DNA from: Botryllus schlosseri
Taxonomy: Eukaryota
Direction of reading: 5' to 3'
Length of the DNA: 60,000 nucleotides
Assembly: GCA_051294905.1 (NCBI GenBank)
Contig: CM119372.1
Span: 6,636,001 to 6,696,000 of the forward strand
Shown here: positions 37,869 to 50,751 of the stretch, in pieces
Layout of the letters: each line of letters starts with the position of its first letter
Numbering within the stretch: the first letter of the stretch is position 1
Notes under the pieces: model-generated
The model's input: only the letters and a program-made list of their open reading frames with translations
What the model was told of the DNA's origin: nothing
Databases searched by the model: none
Translations under genes and position numbers: made by a program

Positions 37869-39614
37869 CAGGGGTTCTCAACTTCCCTTGTGTAACGGGC
37901 CGCATTTTAACAGCAAAAGACGCTGCGGGCCGCAGAACAATATATTGCCATGTATTTGTGGGCTACAATTTAATTTAGGCTACTGTAACCTATTTACCAC
38001 TTGCATACGGGCATTTAGTACACTTTTATGTATTAGAAAGCATCAATGGACAACGTCCGTAAGTTTGCAGCTGCTGCTTATTGTGAGAATGTATCTTCTG
38101 GCGGCGAAAGTAAATCCCTTCATGGAGCGTGCAAATGCATTCATTGCCAAGTCGGTATATGCAACTTAAAACCCTTCCACCAGAGAACCGAACTCGCTGT
38201 TTCAATGCTGGAGCGAGCAATTATAAAATTACGGTAACTTTTGCGTTACAGAGGCCATTATCACACTGAGCTCCGAGTGATATGAGAGGAAGTCTGGCGT
38301 TCGGGGCCATTTTTGAGAAAACCAATCAACCAATCTCCTTTCCTTCGATGCCTGGGGCCCTGCATCCACAGTTACAGAAGTTAGCTTTGTCAAATTGATA
38401 TTTTTCGCTGGCCCCACGTTTTCCCAGCCAGCATTTCCTCTGCATATATGCCCGCTCTGATAAAATTCAACCAGATAATTAGTTATGCAATGTTGGTGGA
38501 TTTGTCCGAGGTTGGGTTAAAGCAGTCTCCGCGGCAACGTGTTTCAGAACATGCGACCGACTGACATTGATGTTAATCCTCATGACACGATTGAATCAGA
38601 CGACTGTATCTTCGAAATTTGTCAGATGATAGTGTCCTTGCTGCTACGTTCCGAAAACAGCAAATATTTGCACAGTATGTTAAGGTCTTATTGAAATTGC
38701 ACCTTCTGCAGCAGATTTCTTGGATTTAGCGATATTCCAAGTAATTTTGAACGATGTGCCTGTAACGTCGTCGGCAATCTAAACAACCGTTCGCAGTGAG
38801 TCAAACACTCTTAAAAAGTGCAGGCCTACTATACGTAACGGGATTGTCTTGAACCAGAGTCCTGTAGAAAACCGATTCAAAACAATAATAATCTGAAGTC
38901 GAGCATATATCAAGAAACGGGAGCACATTAAAGCAGTGTTGTTGTTGCTGTGTTATTCATGGTGTTTGTCGACTACTATGGTCATTTACACCAGGCCGAT
39001 ATTCTTCATACTTATTCCGTAACAGCCGACTTTTAGCACAGCCCACTTCTAGGCTTCTTGTAAGACACCGTTTGCGCGGATTAGGTGGCGAGGAGGAGCC
39101 TAGATAAACCCCCAACGCTTAGGTGTTGGAGCACTGGTTCTCAAACTTTTTCAGACACACCTCCTTTTTTGATAGAGAATAATTTCGTGCCGCCTTATCG
39201 TCATATAACAAAATGCAACCAGAATGCTACAAACGGCTAGTTTGCTGGCATGGAAGGTTATGACTGTTGATGAGAGAATGCTCAAATATGAAATTCGGAC
39301 TATATACACAAAGAAACAACTATGAATTTACGATATATTGCGCGCAGTGCAATTTTTTTTTTCAGTTGACCGCAGCGTTGCGCCCCCTTCAGATGCTTTC
39401 ACGCTCCCAAGGGGCGCGCCCCCCAGTTTGAGAACCACTGCATTCATGAATGAGTAATCAAACGAAACAGAGACGGTACGATAAAAGAGCTAAGTATCTA
39501 AACTACTTTGTTACAATACCGTGTCAGCAATAATTGCGTTTATAGTGAAAGATGTCGCGGGCCGCAAAATAAGCGTCTTCGGGCCGCATGCGACCCGCGG
39601 GTTGAGAACCCCTG
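37869..39614. mobile_element. hAT-type element containing a partial SINE (38938-39131, -) and a MITE (39132-39440)
   Basis: TIRs CAGGGGTTCTCAAC/GTTGAGAACCCCTG; TSD CTCTATAG. 38938-39131 is the reverse complement of the 3' part of SINE 24890-25168. Confidence 0.88.
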
Positions 39615-39659
39615 CTCTATAGTATAACTGATCGAGGAAAAATCGTACAAGTGAAATTG

Positions 39660-41713
39660 CAATGTAAAAAATCTGGTAGATTAACTTGGAAATCTCTGTA
39701 AATTTTACAACGAATTACCAGTCGCAGCCAATAACTGTGCGTGGCTTGTAATTATACATTTTGATATGTAGTATTACCTTAGTTTAGCTGTGAAGTCAAG
39801 TTACCAGAATTTCGTCGCAAAATTACTGACAGTTACTCGTAACTGCAGTTTACCAGGCCATTGAAAAGATTGATTAGCTTAATAATCGCTGCAGCCAATA
39901 TATACGTGGAACTGAATGTTACTGAGATATCATTCTTGTGGTGATTTGACCTGATTCAACCTCGTTCGTGAAGCTGGGGTGTGTCGCACGGAAATTGTTG
40001 GCCCTAATAGTACCAATTCCAGTATAGTACATAGTAGGGTTCAAGAAACAACTGACAATCGTAGCAAATGTGGTTACACCATAGCAATTATATTATATTA
40101 TAAAGCTATATGGCTATACGGCCGTTCTCGCTGGTTACATTCGTTGTTACGGATAGGGCTGATAAGTTAGGAAATCAGTTTAGGTTGTTAATTATTGTTC
40201 GGGGAAATATAGACATGGCGGACAAGGCGACCTGTAACACCCGTTAGTCCGTTACTGGTTTTCTGAGATTCGTAGTAAACAACCAACGCGCAACTGTGAC
40301 ATCACAAGCATCGTCTCGTTAAGTAAGTACAGTAAGTAGTGAACAACACTTGGGATAAATATCAATTTATACGAAATTAGATGGAAAAGAAAGGGACTAT
40401 ATGTAATGGTGAATGTTTCGGTATGAAAAAGAAATGACCTAAGTCAAACATTATAACGTGGTCAGTAAATATTATTTGTGGCATGTCAGCGGATGAATAC
40501 CACTACTTTCGAAATCGTTCGAGTGTCGTATCGTGATCGTCGTCTGGCCATTATTGAGTTGAGAAAGGGTGGAGCGAAGTTTGTTGTGCTTGAAGAAAGT
40601 GGACACGATCGTGGAAGATTCCTAGGAACGCTAAATGGGATACGCATCGTACAAGATACAGTAGGCTACTGCATAGTATTTGTTACCGTGAATATCTGCG
40701 ACTGTGCAGTGTGCACACCACTTTGATTTCATGACTGAAATATTTCATTCGCCGCATTCTCTGTTCTATTTTGGGATATTAGTCGACTTATATAGTGACC
40801 TGTGACACCACATACTCCGCCGCGGAGGAGTTGAAACTGTTGGCTTGATTATGTCATTTTAGGGCCATAGCATAGAGATGTTTTCATCCACTGCTGGATT
40901 TGTTTGGCACACATGCCGCCTCAATGAGGAACCTTTTGCTTCAGTACATTAGATAAAGTTAGTACCTAATGAATCTCTGCTATATCATGTACAAGGCGGA
41001 GCCTTCATCACACAACGTACCAGTACCGGTACTTCAAAACATGTTGTATTTTTGTTAGCCCATTTGTCTCAAGTCTTTATAATGTCATGGCTAGGTTAGG
41101 AACTTTGCTTTATATAGCGACTTACTCATGAATTCTTTTTAGTGGAACTGCAAGATACTAGTTACACAAGGAATGAGGACGAAAAAAAGAAACAATTGGA
41201 AGTTTGGCCGGTGGTGGAATTAATTCACCTTTTCGTGAGACCACTCGTGTTACTGCATGTCTCATAAAGAAGAATTAGACCTCCAGTAGCAATACTTTCC
41301 CATCGATAACCACTTCATCGTGATATCATGAATGAATATACAGTTTGTTCCAATGTCGTTTTGGGAATGTGAAGAAATTTTTTTGATATTTTAGCATCGG
41401 GTTGCTTTGCGATAGGTATGGATGTACGTGAATTTACAAGCTGGTATGTAATCCTGATTTACAGGGACAGCATGTAGGTAGGTAGGCGGTAAAATGACAG
41501 TATCGGTCGCAAATGTACAGGAGAATATGTAGATTGGATATACCGGAGGTAACTGTAACATTACAATCTGGCGTGTAAAGTGAGATTACTGGACGAGTGT
41601 AAGTTAAATTTACATCGACTAACGGTAATGTCACATTACCACGAAATGTCTGGCACTGGCTACCGTGCTTCCAAACATTTCGCGGTAAATCGAGGTTTTT
41701 ATTTTTTACAGTG
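39660..41713. mobile_element. ~2-kb non-autonomous CACTG-ended (EnSpm/CACTA-like) element, copy 1
   Basis: Ends CAATGTAAAAAAT/ATTTTTTACAGTG; collinear over its whole length with 51905-53947; no transposase ORF. Confidence 0.85.
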
Positions 41714-42311
41714 ATGGGGGAGAATTCAGACTCACACTTATCACTTCTCATGGCGGCAAGAAAACCATGTTCTATTGTTCATCGAGTAGTTCAGAGGTCG
41801 GCACCCTTTCGAATGCCGCGTGCCAAATATTAGAAAACACGAACAACTCCCGTATCGAAGATTTACTTATGTATTTCGAATTTATTCACATCTAAAACCA
41901 TATCATGTAGCATATATATTCTCGAGAGGGTCTTGAATAATTTACGGCTATACCTACGATAGTCTTCAGTTATATATCTAAAGTGTTTATTGTCATTGTT
42001 TGCATCGCAGTCTCTTTTACCCCCCACACCCACACACACCCTACATCCGGTAAGTGGCTCACTTACACAGTTCGGAACCTAGTGTACAGGTCATGTGAAA
42101 TTTGATGGAGGATGGTGGAGGAGTGGAGACTGAAAAATATCGAGTGTAACTTCGGCAATTTCCACAGAAATTTTAGGGTGTTGACCACACGTTTATATTT
42201 TGTCATGTTTATTGTTGTTGGGGTATGACAAAATGTCCGTTTTCTTCCTTACACGGCACTTTGGTAGGGAGAAAATCACGGCCACGAGAGAAGATATAAG
42301 AGGTTCGGCAC

Positions 42312-42475
42312 TATATATAATGCTCCAAATTATTCGTCGGTCAATTAGATATACTTTGCCAACTAGTGTAAGCAACGGCCAGAAATCGAACTCCGATTTC
42401 TTGTAGTAACATAATCACAAAAGCAAAACATTAAAAGAGTTTCATCAGGAAACCAAGAAGAAAAGTTTACGAAAG
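42312..42475 (+). promoter_or_regulatory. Candidate TATA box and non-coding first exon of gene C
   Basis: TATATATAA at 42312-42320; donor GAAAG|GTATGA at 42475/42476; acceptor TTTTTTTACCAG|A at 42749/42750, upstream of the ATG. Confidence 0.55.
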
Positions 42476-42775
42476 GTATGACAGAAAAGTTTTACTTGTA
42501 ATTAATATCTGGCATTTTGGGATGACTCAAGAATTTTTTCTTCTTTCAACAACTCTCTAGTCTAGTGTATATAAGGAGTAACTATTGTATCATAAATGCA
42601 GTTCGGGAATCGCAGTGCCTGTTTCCAACAGCACTAAAATGTATGGATTTCGTATTTACCGAATGACCCCAGTCACACTATAGTTGTAGCGGTACATGCT
42701 TTAGTACATTTATGCAATTATCGATAGCAAGTGCTCATTTTTTTACCAGATACATAAGAAATCATATTAAAAAGA

Positions 42776-43321
42776 ATGAAAACCTACATCACACTAATCG
42801 CAACCATTATTCTTGTCTGCGCATTGGACTCGTGTCTATCGAATCCATCCAGAAGGTAAGTGAACCATCGAGTGATTTTATAAAAGTGCATATCAAATAT
42901 TTTTATATTTTTTGAGCAGAATAGAAAGGAATGAAAATCGCATTCCAGCTGGTGCTGACTCGGAACGGGATCCAAGTCTCCGACGATCGCGCCGTCACGC
43001 AGATGGAATGTTCAGCCACGTTCGCGGGAACGCGCAAGAGACCAAATCAGTACATAGATTCCATCAAGTTATGAGCCCAAGGTATAGAATCATCGAATAT
43101 ATTCTTCTCCCTTCTGGGAGCAGATTTAAATTGGTACATGCTATCCTAATCTGCAACCGCTATTTTCTATATACAGGAAGCGAAAAAGCATTGCTACGTA
43201 CCCGCCAGTTTTACGAGACTGTATTGCGAAGAAATGCAAAAAGAGCAAGAGACACATAACGAACCGCAAAATAAAATTGTGGGCGTCCAAATGTCTCAAA
43301 TACCTTATCCGCCATTCATGA
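42776..43321 (+). CDS. Glucagon/PACAP/GHRH-superfamily peptide precursor (gene C), 128 aa; exons 42776-42855, 42920-43081, 43177-43321; MKTYITLIATIILVCALDSCLSNPSRRIERNENRIPAGADSERDPSLRRSRR|HADGMFSHVRGNAQETKSVHRFHQVMSP|RKRKSIATYPPVLRDCIAKKCKKSKRHITNRKIKLWASKCLKYLIRHS*
   Basis: Signal peptide; phase-2 introns (AG|GTAAGT...GAGCAG|A and AG|GTATAG...TATACAG|G). RRSRR precedes HADGMF, the hallmark H-x-D-G-x-F N-terminus. Splicing creates an RKRK site directly after the 28-aa peptide (42996-43079). Confidence 0.85.
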
Positions 43322-44874
43322 TGGCATCTTGGGAACGAAGTTACGTATCTACACTGAGATCAAAGCAATACGACGTCTCTACTGTGAAATTCAACCTACA
43401 TAATATGCAAACGAAGATATCACTACAGCGTGCATATTTGACAATGACACTAACAGCAGGAATCGGACAGAAATGTCCGTAAATCCGTCAATTCTCTGCA
43501 TTGCCGCCCGTCAGCGAGGATGTATAATATGAAATGCACCGTCGAAGTGCCGCAGGCTGAAATCGTTCAGATTACGAATATCAAAGATCAGTTCGGAAAT
43601 CATTCAAATACGAGAATACCCATCGAGTTCGGAACCTCGTCAGAAGAACAGAAGACATCATGGAAGTTTAGAATATCCATCGGAATGATAATTTCTCGGA
43701 CACAAAATGAGATCCATGCATATTATTGATCAGTGGAAAATTATCATACTATAACTAACTTGTGGTATGGGTATTTCGCCTTTCAATGCGTGTAACATTG
43801 TTGCACAAGATATTTAAACTAACATACTTTTGACCGCGAACACTACGTAAAACGCCGCACATTTGCTGTCCTTTTTTATAAATAAAAATATTATTACATT
43901 ATTCATGGATTACATCATCCGCGAGTTGAAAGCTCAGTATGTTGCAATTGGCTACAGAGGGCCACGTTCGGGAAAACGACTCACTTGTTCGGTATTCACA
44001 ACAATAATAACGTTACACTCCACTATCAAGTACCCTAGGCAGTTCTATTCTTTTCCTATTACTCTCATAAATTCCTTTCCTTAAATAGTAACATATCCAC
44101 TCGTAATAATTCCAGTTTGGGAATCGCATTTACTGATAAGCGACCACAACACGATGTGGGAAAGTGTCGCCCACAAACTATTCAAGTTCAAATACTAGCA
44201 GATAGCCTACGTGACCTTATTGATCGAAAATTGCCGATGAGATGGCCTAGGAACGCGATAAGGCGAAAGAGGTTAACGAATTTCAGCCTCAAATCAATCG
44301 CGTCGTCGGGGTCATTTCAAATATAAATATTTCACCGCAATATGAGCAATTGAGCATGTTTATAATAAAATGAGAGAAATCCCGGGATTCCCCATAGATC
44401 AGTATAATTCGAATGCCATCGGTTTATTTATCGCTATTGTTGCAAAATATCAACAGCATAAAGTATCTTCAGAACTTATAAATATATAAATTAGTGTCCA
44501 CTGAGTCCTATTGACGAATTATGTCGCGTATGAAACTCGTCTCGGTATCTATAAGTTCGATTTGATGAGTAGATCATAATAGTGTCCTGCAAAGTCAAGC
44601 TGTGCTGTCAGTACGATCTGCCGACCAAGTTATTGGTGCAGATGATGACACAGACTGATGGAAATTGCCACGTTACGAAATTAAAACAATGATATAGTTG
44701 GGTTTATTGAGAAATAATTTAAAACAAATAAATTGCATCTAGATGCCAGGCATTAGAATGTGAACGCATCAAAAGAATGCGGAAACTATTTCATCGCAGC
44801 AGACAAAACTTTCATTTCAGTGTGGTTGTCACAGTGACCGTATTCATTTACCGGTACTCATTAATCAGCTCTCT

Positions 44875-45020
44875 TCATCATCATTTCGTCATTTCATTCA
44901 AATCTTTACGAAATCAATAAACCACACGATTGCGATATAATGAAAAGATAGGAGGGTGCCGAAATGACTTGGAGTAGATTTTTAATCAGATATCCACCTT
45001 GGCCTACAGCCTGTAAATAA
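44875..45020 (-). repeat. 3'-end fragment of the CR1/L2-like LINE (also at ~51083-51220)
   Basis: CCACA...TGCGAT...ATGAAA...GGA.G.TG.CGAAA.GACTTGGA...AATCAGA.A.CCACC is shared with 5710-5795. Confidence 0.6.
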
Positions 45021-47857
45021 GAGCACACTGGACTGCACACTGGACTTGGAAACGCCCGCTAGACACTATATTGCACGCTGGCCATCAGAAAAGTATCATG
45101 TCAACAAGTTCCATTCCACATGACAATAAAATTAGCTATACACAGATGAGGTAATTTTTTTAAATTTTATTATTCTCTTGAGCTCAGCTGAGCTGGTACG
45201 TCGAATCCGGCGTTTTCCAAAAGCACAGCGAGAGCTCAAAACGCGCGCCGTGACGAATAATGCGACTTAATACCATTTAAATACCAGTTGAGTCAAGTAT
45301 TTGCTAACGCTTTGCAGCGCGGTGATAAGCGTAATCAGTACCGAATTTCGCAATTCTCGATTATTCACGTCGCCGGCATTGCGAAATACCCGGTAAAACA
45401 TGTCACGTGAAACCACCAACGTGTTTATAGTACCACGAGCTCGTTAATCGCCCAATGTCACATCAAGTACCGGCACAAACACGCTATTCAAGCGGACAGA
45501 ATTCGCGATACCGTCATTTGAAGTTTTTCAATCCTGGCGTATGTTCCCGACTCCCCGTGTTAGGTGATGTGTACTTTGTAAATTCCAAGTACAATTCGCC
45601 GAAAATGATAATTTTACAAATAAATAAATGAGGTAGGCCTACCATATATTCCTCTCCCTAAAGAAGCAACCTCACTTATGAATAACATATCAACATATCG
45701 CAATTACTAGAATCTGCAACTATAAATCCCGATCGGCGCTAGAATTTAGCTGATGACTATGAACCAAATTGAATGCTCTCTTATCCCCAATAGCAGCACA
45801 TGTTGATTCGAATTTGACTCATAACCACACTACTAACGATGCCCCAAAACATATTGTGTATATGAATGATTCATAGAAATAATCTATGATAATCGCATGG
45901 CACTACTTTTGGGAAACAAGATGACCTAATGTAGCGATTGCAGCAAACGATGCAAGGACAAGTGGCAAACATACCTGAGTTCGCGTACCCTTGTATGACC
46001 TTCTATTGCAAAGGCAGCACCTGCTGAATGCTGCAGCATAAGGTATAGCCATATGTATGAAACTACTCTCTTATATGAACCATTCCCTACCTCGACAACG
46101 CGACATAGCACTCGAGGTTAGCTTAAATTCGAAAAAGTCATGATACACTTCCTATGTGCCGTGACGTCATATAACACTCGTCCTGTCATTTTACGGACAC
46201 TGTTGCCTTAATGAAGGAGGAAGGTGGGGCACATAATAGCAAAACTGAAACTCATCTGATTATATATATTATATTTATAATAATATTTCAACAGTCCTGG
46301 TTGTTTGGCACAAACTCATCTTCTCACGTACACGATATACGATAATAATTGGTCATACATCAAACTCGGTGCCGGTCAAAAGTGTTTTCTTTCGAAAATG
46401 AATGCGCGACAGATGCTTATCTCAGTAAGCGGATCATCATCGACTAAAATGATTAATTTGGCTGATATACTAGAACTAGGCGAATTTGGAATAATTGGTC
46501 ATCGTGTATAACAGTTTCGTTTAGCGCGCATTTGCAAAGCTGGTATATTAAAGAGGTGCGGAAAATATACCCTGTCATCGAGAAAAACGTAAGAAAGAGG
46601 AAAGGTCGCTATACTATACGTCAATCCGTGATAGCGACAATTCACACCTTAAACTTCAAAAATAGTTGGTGCGTATCCTCACGTACATTTAATCTGCAAA
46701 AGCGATCTGTTAATCCCATTGACGATATAATCCACGCATACAACGTCGGGTTGCTCGCGCAGGAAACAATTCGCAACACTATTGCACTTCAAAACCAGCC
46801 AAGGATTGAGAAACTATACATTGACATTAATTTCGCAATGACCCAATACCAGGGTGTACTAAGCCTGACATAAAAGTAACTATAGCGTACACTGGGACTA
46901 TATGTTGATAATTAGCAGGGTGCAGTCTACAACGGAAGCTAGAAACAGTTTTCAAAACGTAAAAAATAACGATATGAAAAATATATATCGAAAATTATAT
47001 TTATAAATAGCATTTTCAAATGATCTGTTGTTCGATTTACATAAAACTTTACAGTAAACATGATAGAAGAAAATCTGTAAGAAATGCTGGAACATATTCG
47101 TGATGTTAGCTGAGCCGTTACAATATGGGCTAGTACTTAAAGGTTCGCGTTCGCAAAAGATCCTTCGTTGATTCTACACTGTCAAAGGTTTCGTTATCAA
47201 CGTTTCTTCTATTTCAACATACTGTCGCGGTGTAAACATGAAAGGTAATTAAACAAAAAACTAAGATAAACCTCGTGTCGCCAGATATTATACCGATTCT
47301 TGAGAATTTTATTTGACACATCATCCTTTTCCGGTTGTAAATAGTAAATTGAATCGCTTACGTAGTTATTACGTGCTTGACCAGAAAACTGACTGGAGCG
47401 AGACCACGAACATTTATCTTCCCACACATAGTAACATGCTCGAAGGAACCAAAAAATTATAAAATTTTAGTGGTGCAAAATCGTTAAAGTGCTCCGAAGA
47501 TACCTCAAGCAGGTCCACAATACTAGATGCAAATTGGTGTCAGGCAGTACTGCAGGCAGTAAAATAACCCAGGTTCGATTGCAATTTTACCAAGAGTCAT
47601 AGAAGATAATGATATGAAATTTCGCTGTTGCCACTAATCGGATTTTGCCCATTACTCCGTAATCCGTATCTTAGGTGTAGAGTAGACAGAAAGCAAAAAA
47701 TGATTTGGTTTTGTTTCAGCATTGTGACATCACATCATGTCAAATATTCGTGTTTGTATGAACTCAAGCCTTTTAGGGGTTCGCACCTTTCCTATCCCGT
47801 GTTAGGTACCTTTCTCCAATTTACTAGTAAATTCAATACCTGCACCTCACTCATAAG

Positions 47858-48320
47858 TAGGGCGATTTTTTTGACCTAAAAAACTGAAGATGTTGACCTA
47901 AAAAATCAAAATTTTGACATTTTTTGACCTTAAAAAACTTAATTTTAACCACATTTTGACCTAACGTATGCAAATTAGGTGTTTTGCCACATAATGTTAG
48001 AATTGTACTACTTTTCTTCATTTCTGGTTGGTCTTGGTACGTTGAGCATCACACCATGTCAACCTATTTGTTTCATTTTAATGTTTATGCTTCACAATGA
48101 GCAGACGATGGGCCGTCTACAACGGTAGGGCTAAAATGTAGACTGCAAGCTGTAAACTGTCAAATGATAAGTTAAGCGACGGTGCAAAATCTACGATACA
48201 AACGAAATGCAGGTTGCAAAAAAAATTTTGACTTTATAAAAAATTTTGACATTTTTTGACCTAACGCTATAATTTTGACAAAATTTTGACTTTTTTGACA
48301 TCTCAAAAAAAATCGCTCTA
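47858..48320. mobile_element. Shorter deletion derivative of the 32628-33506 hAT element
   Basis: Same termini (TAGGGCGATTTTTTTGACCTAAAAAA.../...AAAAATCGCTCTA); TSD CTCATAAG/ATCATAAG; lacks most of the transposase fragment. Confidence 0.85.
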
Positions 48321-49873
48321 ATCATAAGCAAAGATAGGAACACCATTATTTTGCACATCATTGTGACAAGTGCCAACGTGTTATTGCGGGCGGAAAATTA
48401 TCGCCACGAGGCGGTTGAAGTACCTATGATCCAGGAGGAACACACGACAAGGATAACACCTTTGAACAGGCTCGTGAATGTCATATGGCGAAACAGGTTA
48501 ACAACGAGATGAAAGTCAATCAAAATATATCTGGAAACCAACACAATTCTTAACGACGCAATTCCAGGGCCATAAAGAGGTACCGGTATTCAGTATACTC
48601 GGACGATGTCAAATAGGGACGAAGCCAGCTGAGGCGGAAGTATGTTTGATACAATTATTTTTCGGGCCATGTTTATACAATAAAACAAGCCATAATTGCA
48701 CGGATTAATCACCTAAATCGATCGTATCCAGGGAATATGGTATAGCTGGATTGAACTTTCTGGGATTGCAACGCTCAGAATTCACGAAATGAAGTCAGTT
48801 ACAACAAGCATTCACCAATAAACATTCCCTTGGCACATCTCAAACAGCCGGTTTACAGAAATAACATCAGAAATTGTTTGTAGCTGACTGTGACCTAATA
48901 TCGTTTCGCTATCACAGTTCTGTTTAACCCCATCATGGCTCCGCAGGGACGTAGTCGGATTGGTCGCATTATCTTCAATTTCGAGAATACATCCTCACGA
49001 ATTCTCCGATGCTCTCAAATCTCCTTTCAATACGCTTATGTGACGGTCTGCACCGGACGCTGCAATCTTGCGTCCGGCTCCACTTTGTGAACGCTGCTGT
49101 GTATCCCAAACTGCCCATCATTTTATTACTGTCTGCCCAGAATACCAATTCCGCAGCACAGTTCTGCGTGGCGATTGTACTAGGCAGAGCTTTGATATGA
49201 ACTTGTGTGATATCTAATTAGGTCCTGTCGCCCACTGTAGATGAATTTGTTATTTGTAGTAGCCTAGTAGGTCCATTTGAATGCCATTTTTCTGAATTTC
49301 TTGGCGTGGCGTAAAAAAAACATTAACAGGTGATAAGTGCTATTTTAAACTCTTTAAAATAAATATTAGTTATAACCGAATCATGGTGAACCCATAAACT
49401 CGAGAACCAGTTGTGTCGAAATGACAACCTAACGTTCCAACGTTATCCTCATCCCACTTTACTCTCAATCTTCAAAGTGGCCTATATCACAAACGCACAA
49501 TTCCTTCTAGAGTTCGAGCTGGACTACGAGGTGCACCATGGAACAATTTTAAAACAGAAGGAGGGTCACGATCATAAAAAGGCCGAGATCCACTGTGACG
49601 GACCGGTGAGGATACGGTGGTTTACGCCTATACCGCCATCTAACGGTTAATCACTTTTCTAGTACAAATTCTCAGTCGTAGGTTCATGACTGTCAAATGG
49701 ACCAAGCGACATTATTGATGTTTTCACCAATGACAACACTCTTCGTGAGTTCTCCATATGAATGAGCTTCAAATCAGCCTATAATAAGGTGATCATGCGC
49801 ACTCACGAAATGAAATCAATGAGGGGGCGAGTTGGCGCAGTGGGTTGAGATACCGCAAGTACAATATATAGGG

Positions 49874-50751
49874 CAGTGGTTCTTAACCATGTCGCCAGCG
49901 CAACCTGGGGACGATTTGGATTTTAAAGGGGCGGAAACACTCTGGGGCGATATGGGAGCGCTTGGACATTATGGGGCACCGAAGAAAAATGGCGTAACAG
50001 TACCAGATGGTGTAGTAGTTGTCATAGGGATACGAAGTTTTATAGTTCTATATATCCTTATGAGATCTCGTTGCAAAATTCGCTCATTCCGAAAAAAATT
50101 AATCAATTATAGAAAATTTTCGTCGCACTTGCGCGAAACATACCTGCGATGCATTTGGTGTTTTCACAAATGCAGTGGACTATATTTCATCTAAAATGTG
50201 TTTTTACGCTTCATCCTCGTACTTTTGGATAGCAAAATCTCCCTATTAAGACGGACTAGATGGGACTTTTCCAACAAAATGTTTTGAACAAGGTATTATA
50301 TATTTATTGCAGCACATTGCGTCTCGAAATCGGGAAGCGTGGTTCTATACCAGTTTTGAGAGTGAGAGCCATTTGGACAGCAGACATGATTTGAAGTTTT
50401 CTGACCAGAATGATTAACTAAATATCCTTGTTTCCAAGAGCCACAAAATACAATGTCACCAAATCGGGTGTGTACATTGGGCTCAGCAAACCCGATCGGT
50501 ATGGTTCCGTATACCCAACAGTTATTATAGGAACCTTGATTTGGTCCCGAAAATAGCACTTACAGTCGTTAAATTAGTCAAGTGGTCATCGGGCGCGATT
50601 CAAGCGCGAGATACTTCCAATAGCCAAATCTAAACCCGAAAAAATCGACCGGATTGGGACCTCTACAGCTACACCCATTAAAATATGGGGGCGGCAAACC
50701 ATGAAAATTTCCGAAAGGGGGAGCTGGTAGAAAAAAGGTTAAGAACCACTG
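49874..50751. mobile_element. hAT-type MITE
   Basis: TIRs CAGTGGTTCTTAACC/GGTTAAGAACCACTG; TSD ATATAGGG. Confidence 0.88.

Noticed and set aside
42912..43259. Unspliced 115-aa ORF as the gene C product
   Set aside because: It lacks a signal peptide and reads through an obvious intron; the spliced model restores the signal peptide and the RKRK site.
45183..45270. SAELVRRIRRFPKAQRELK... possible fourth peptide exon
   Set aside because: No family residues after RIRR, an early stop and no linked signal-peptide exon found.
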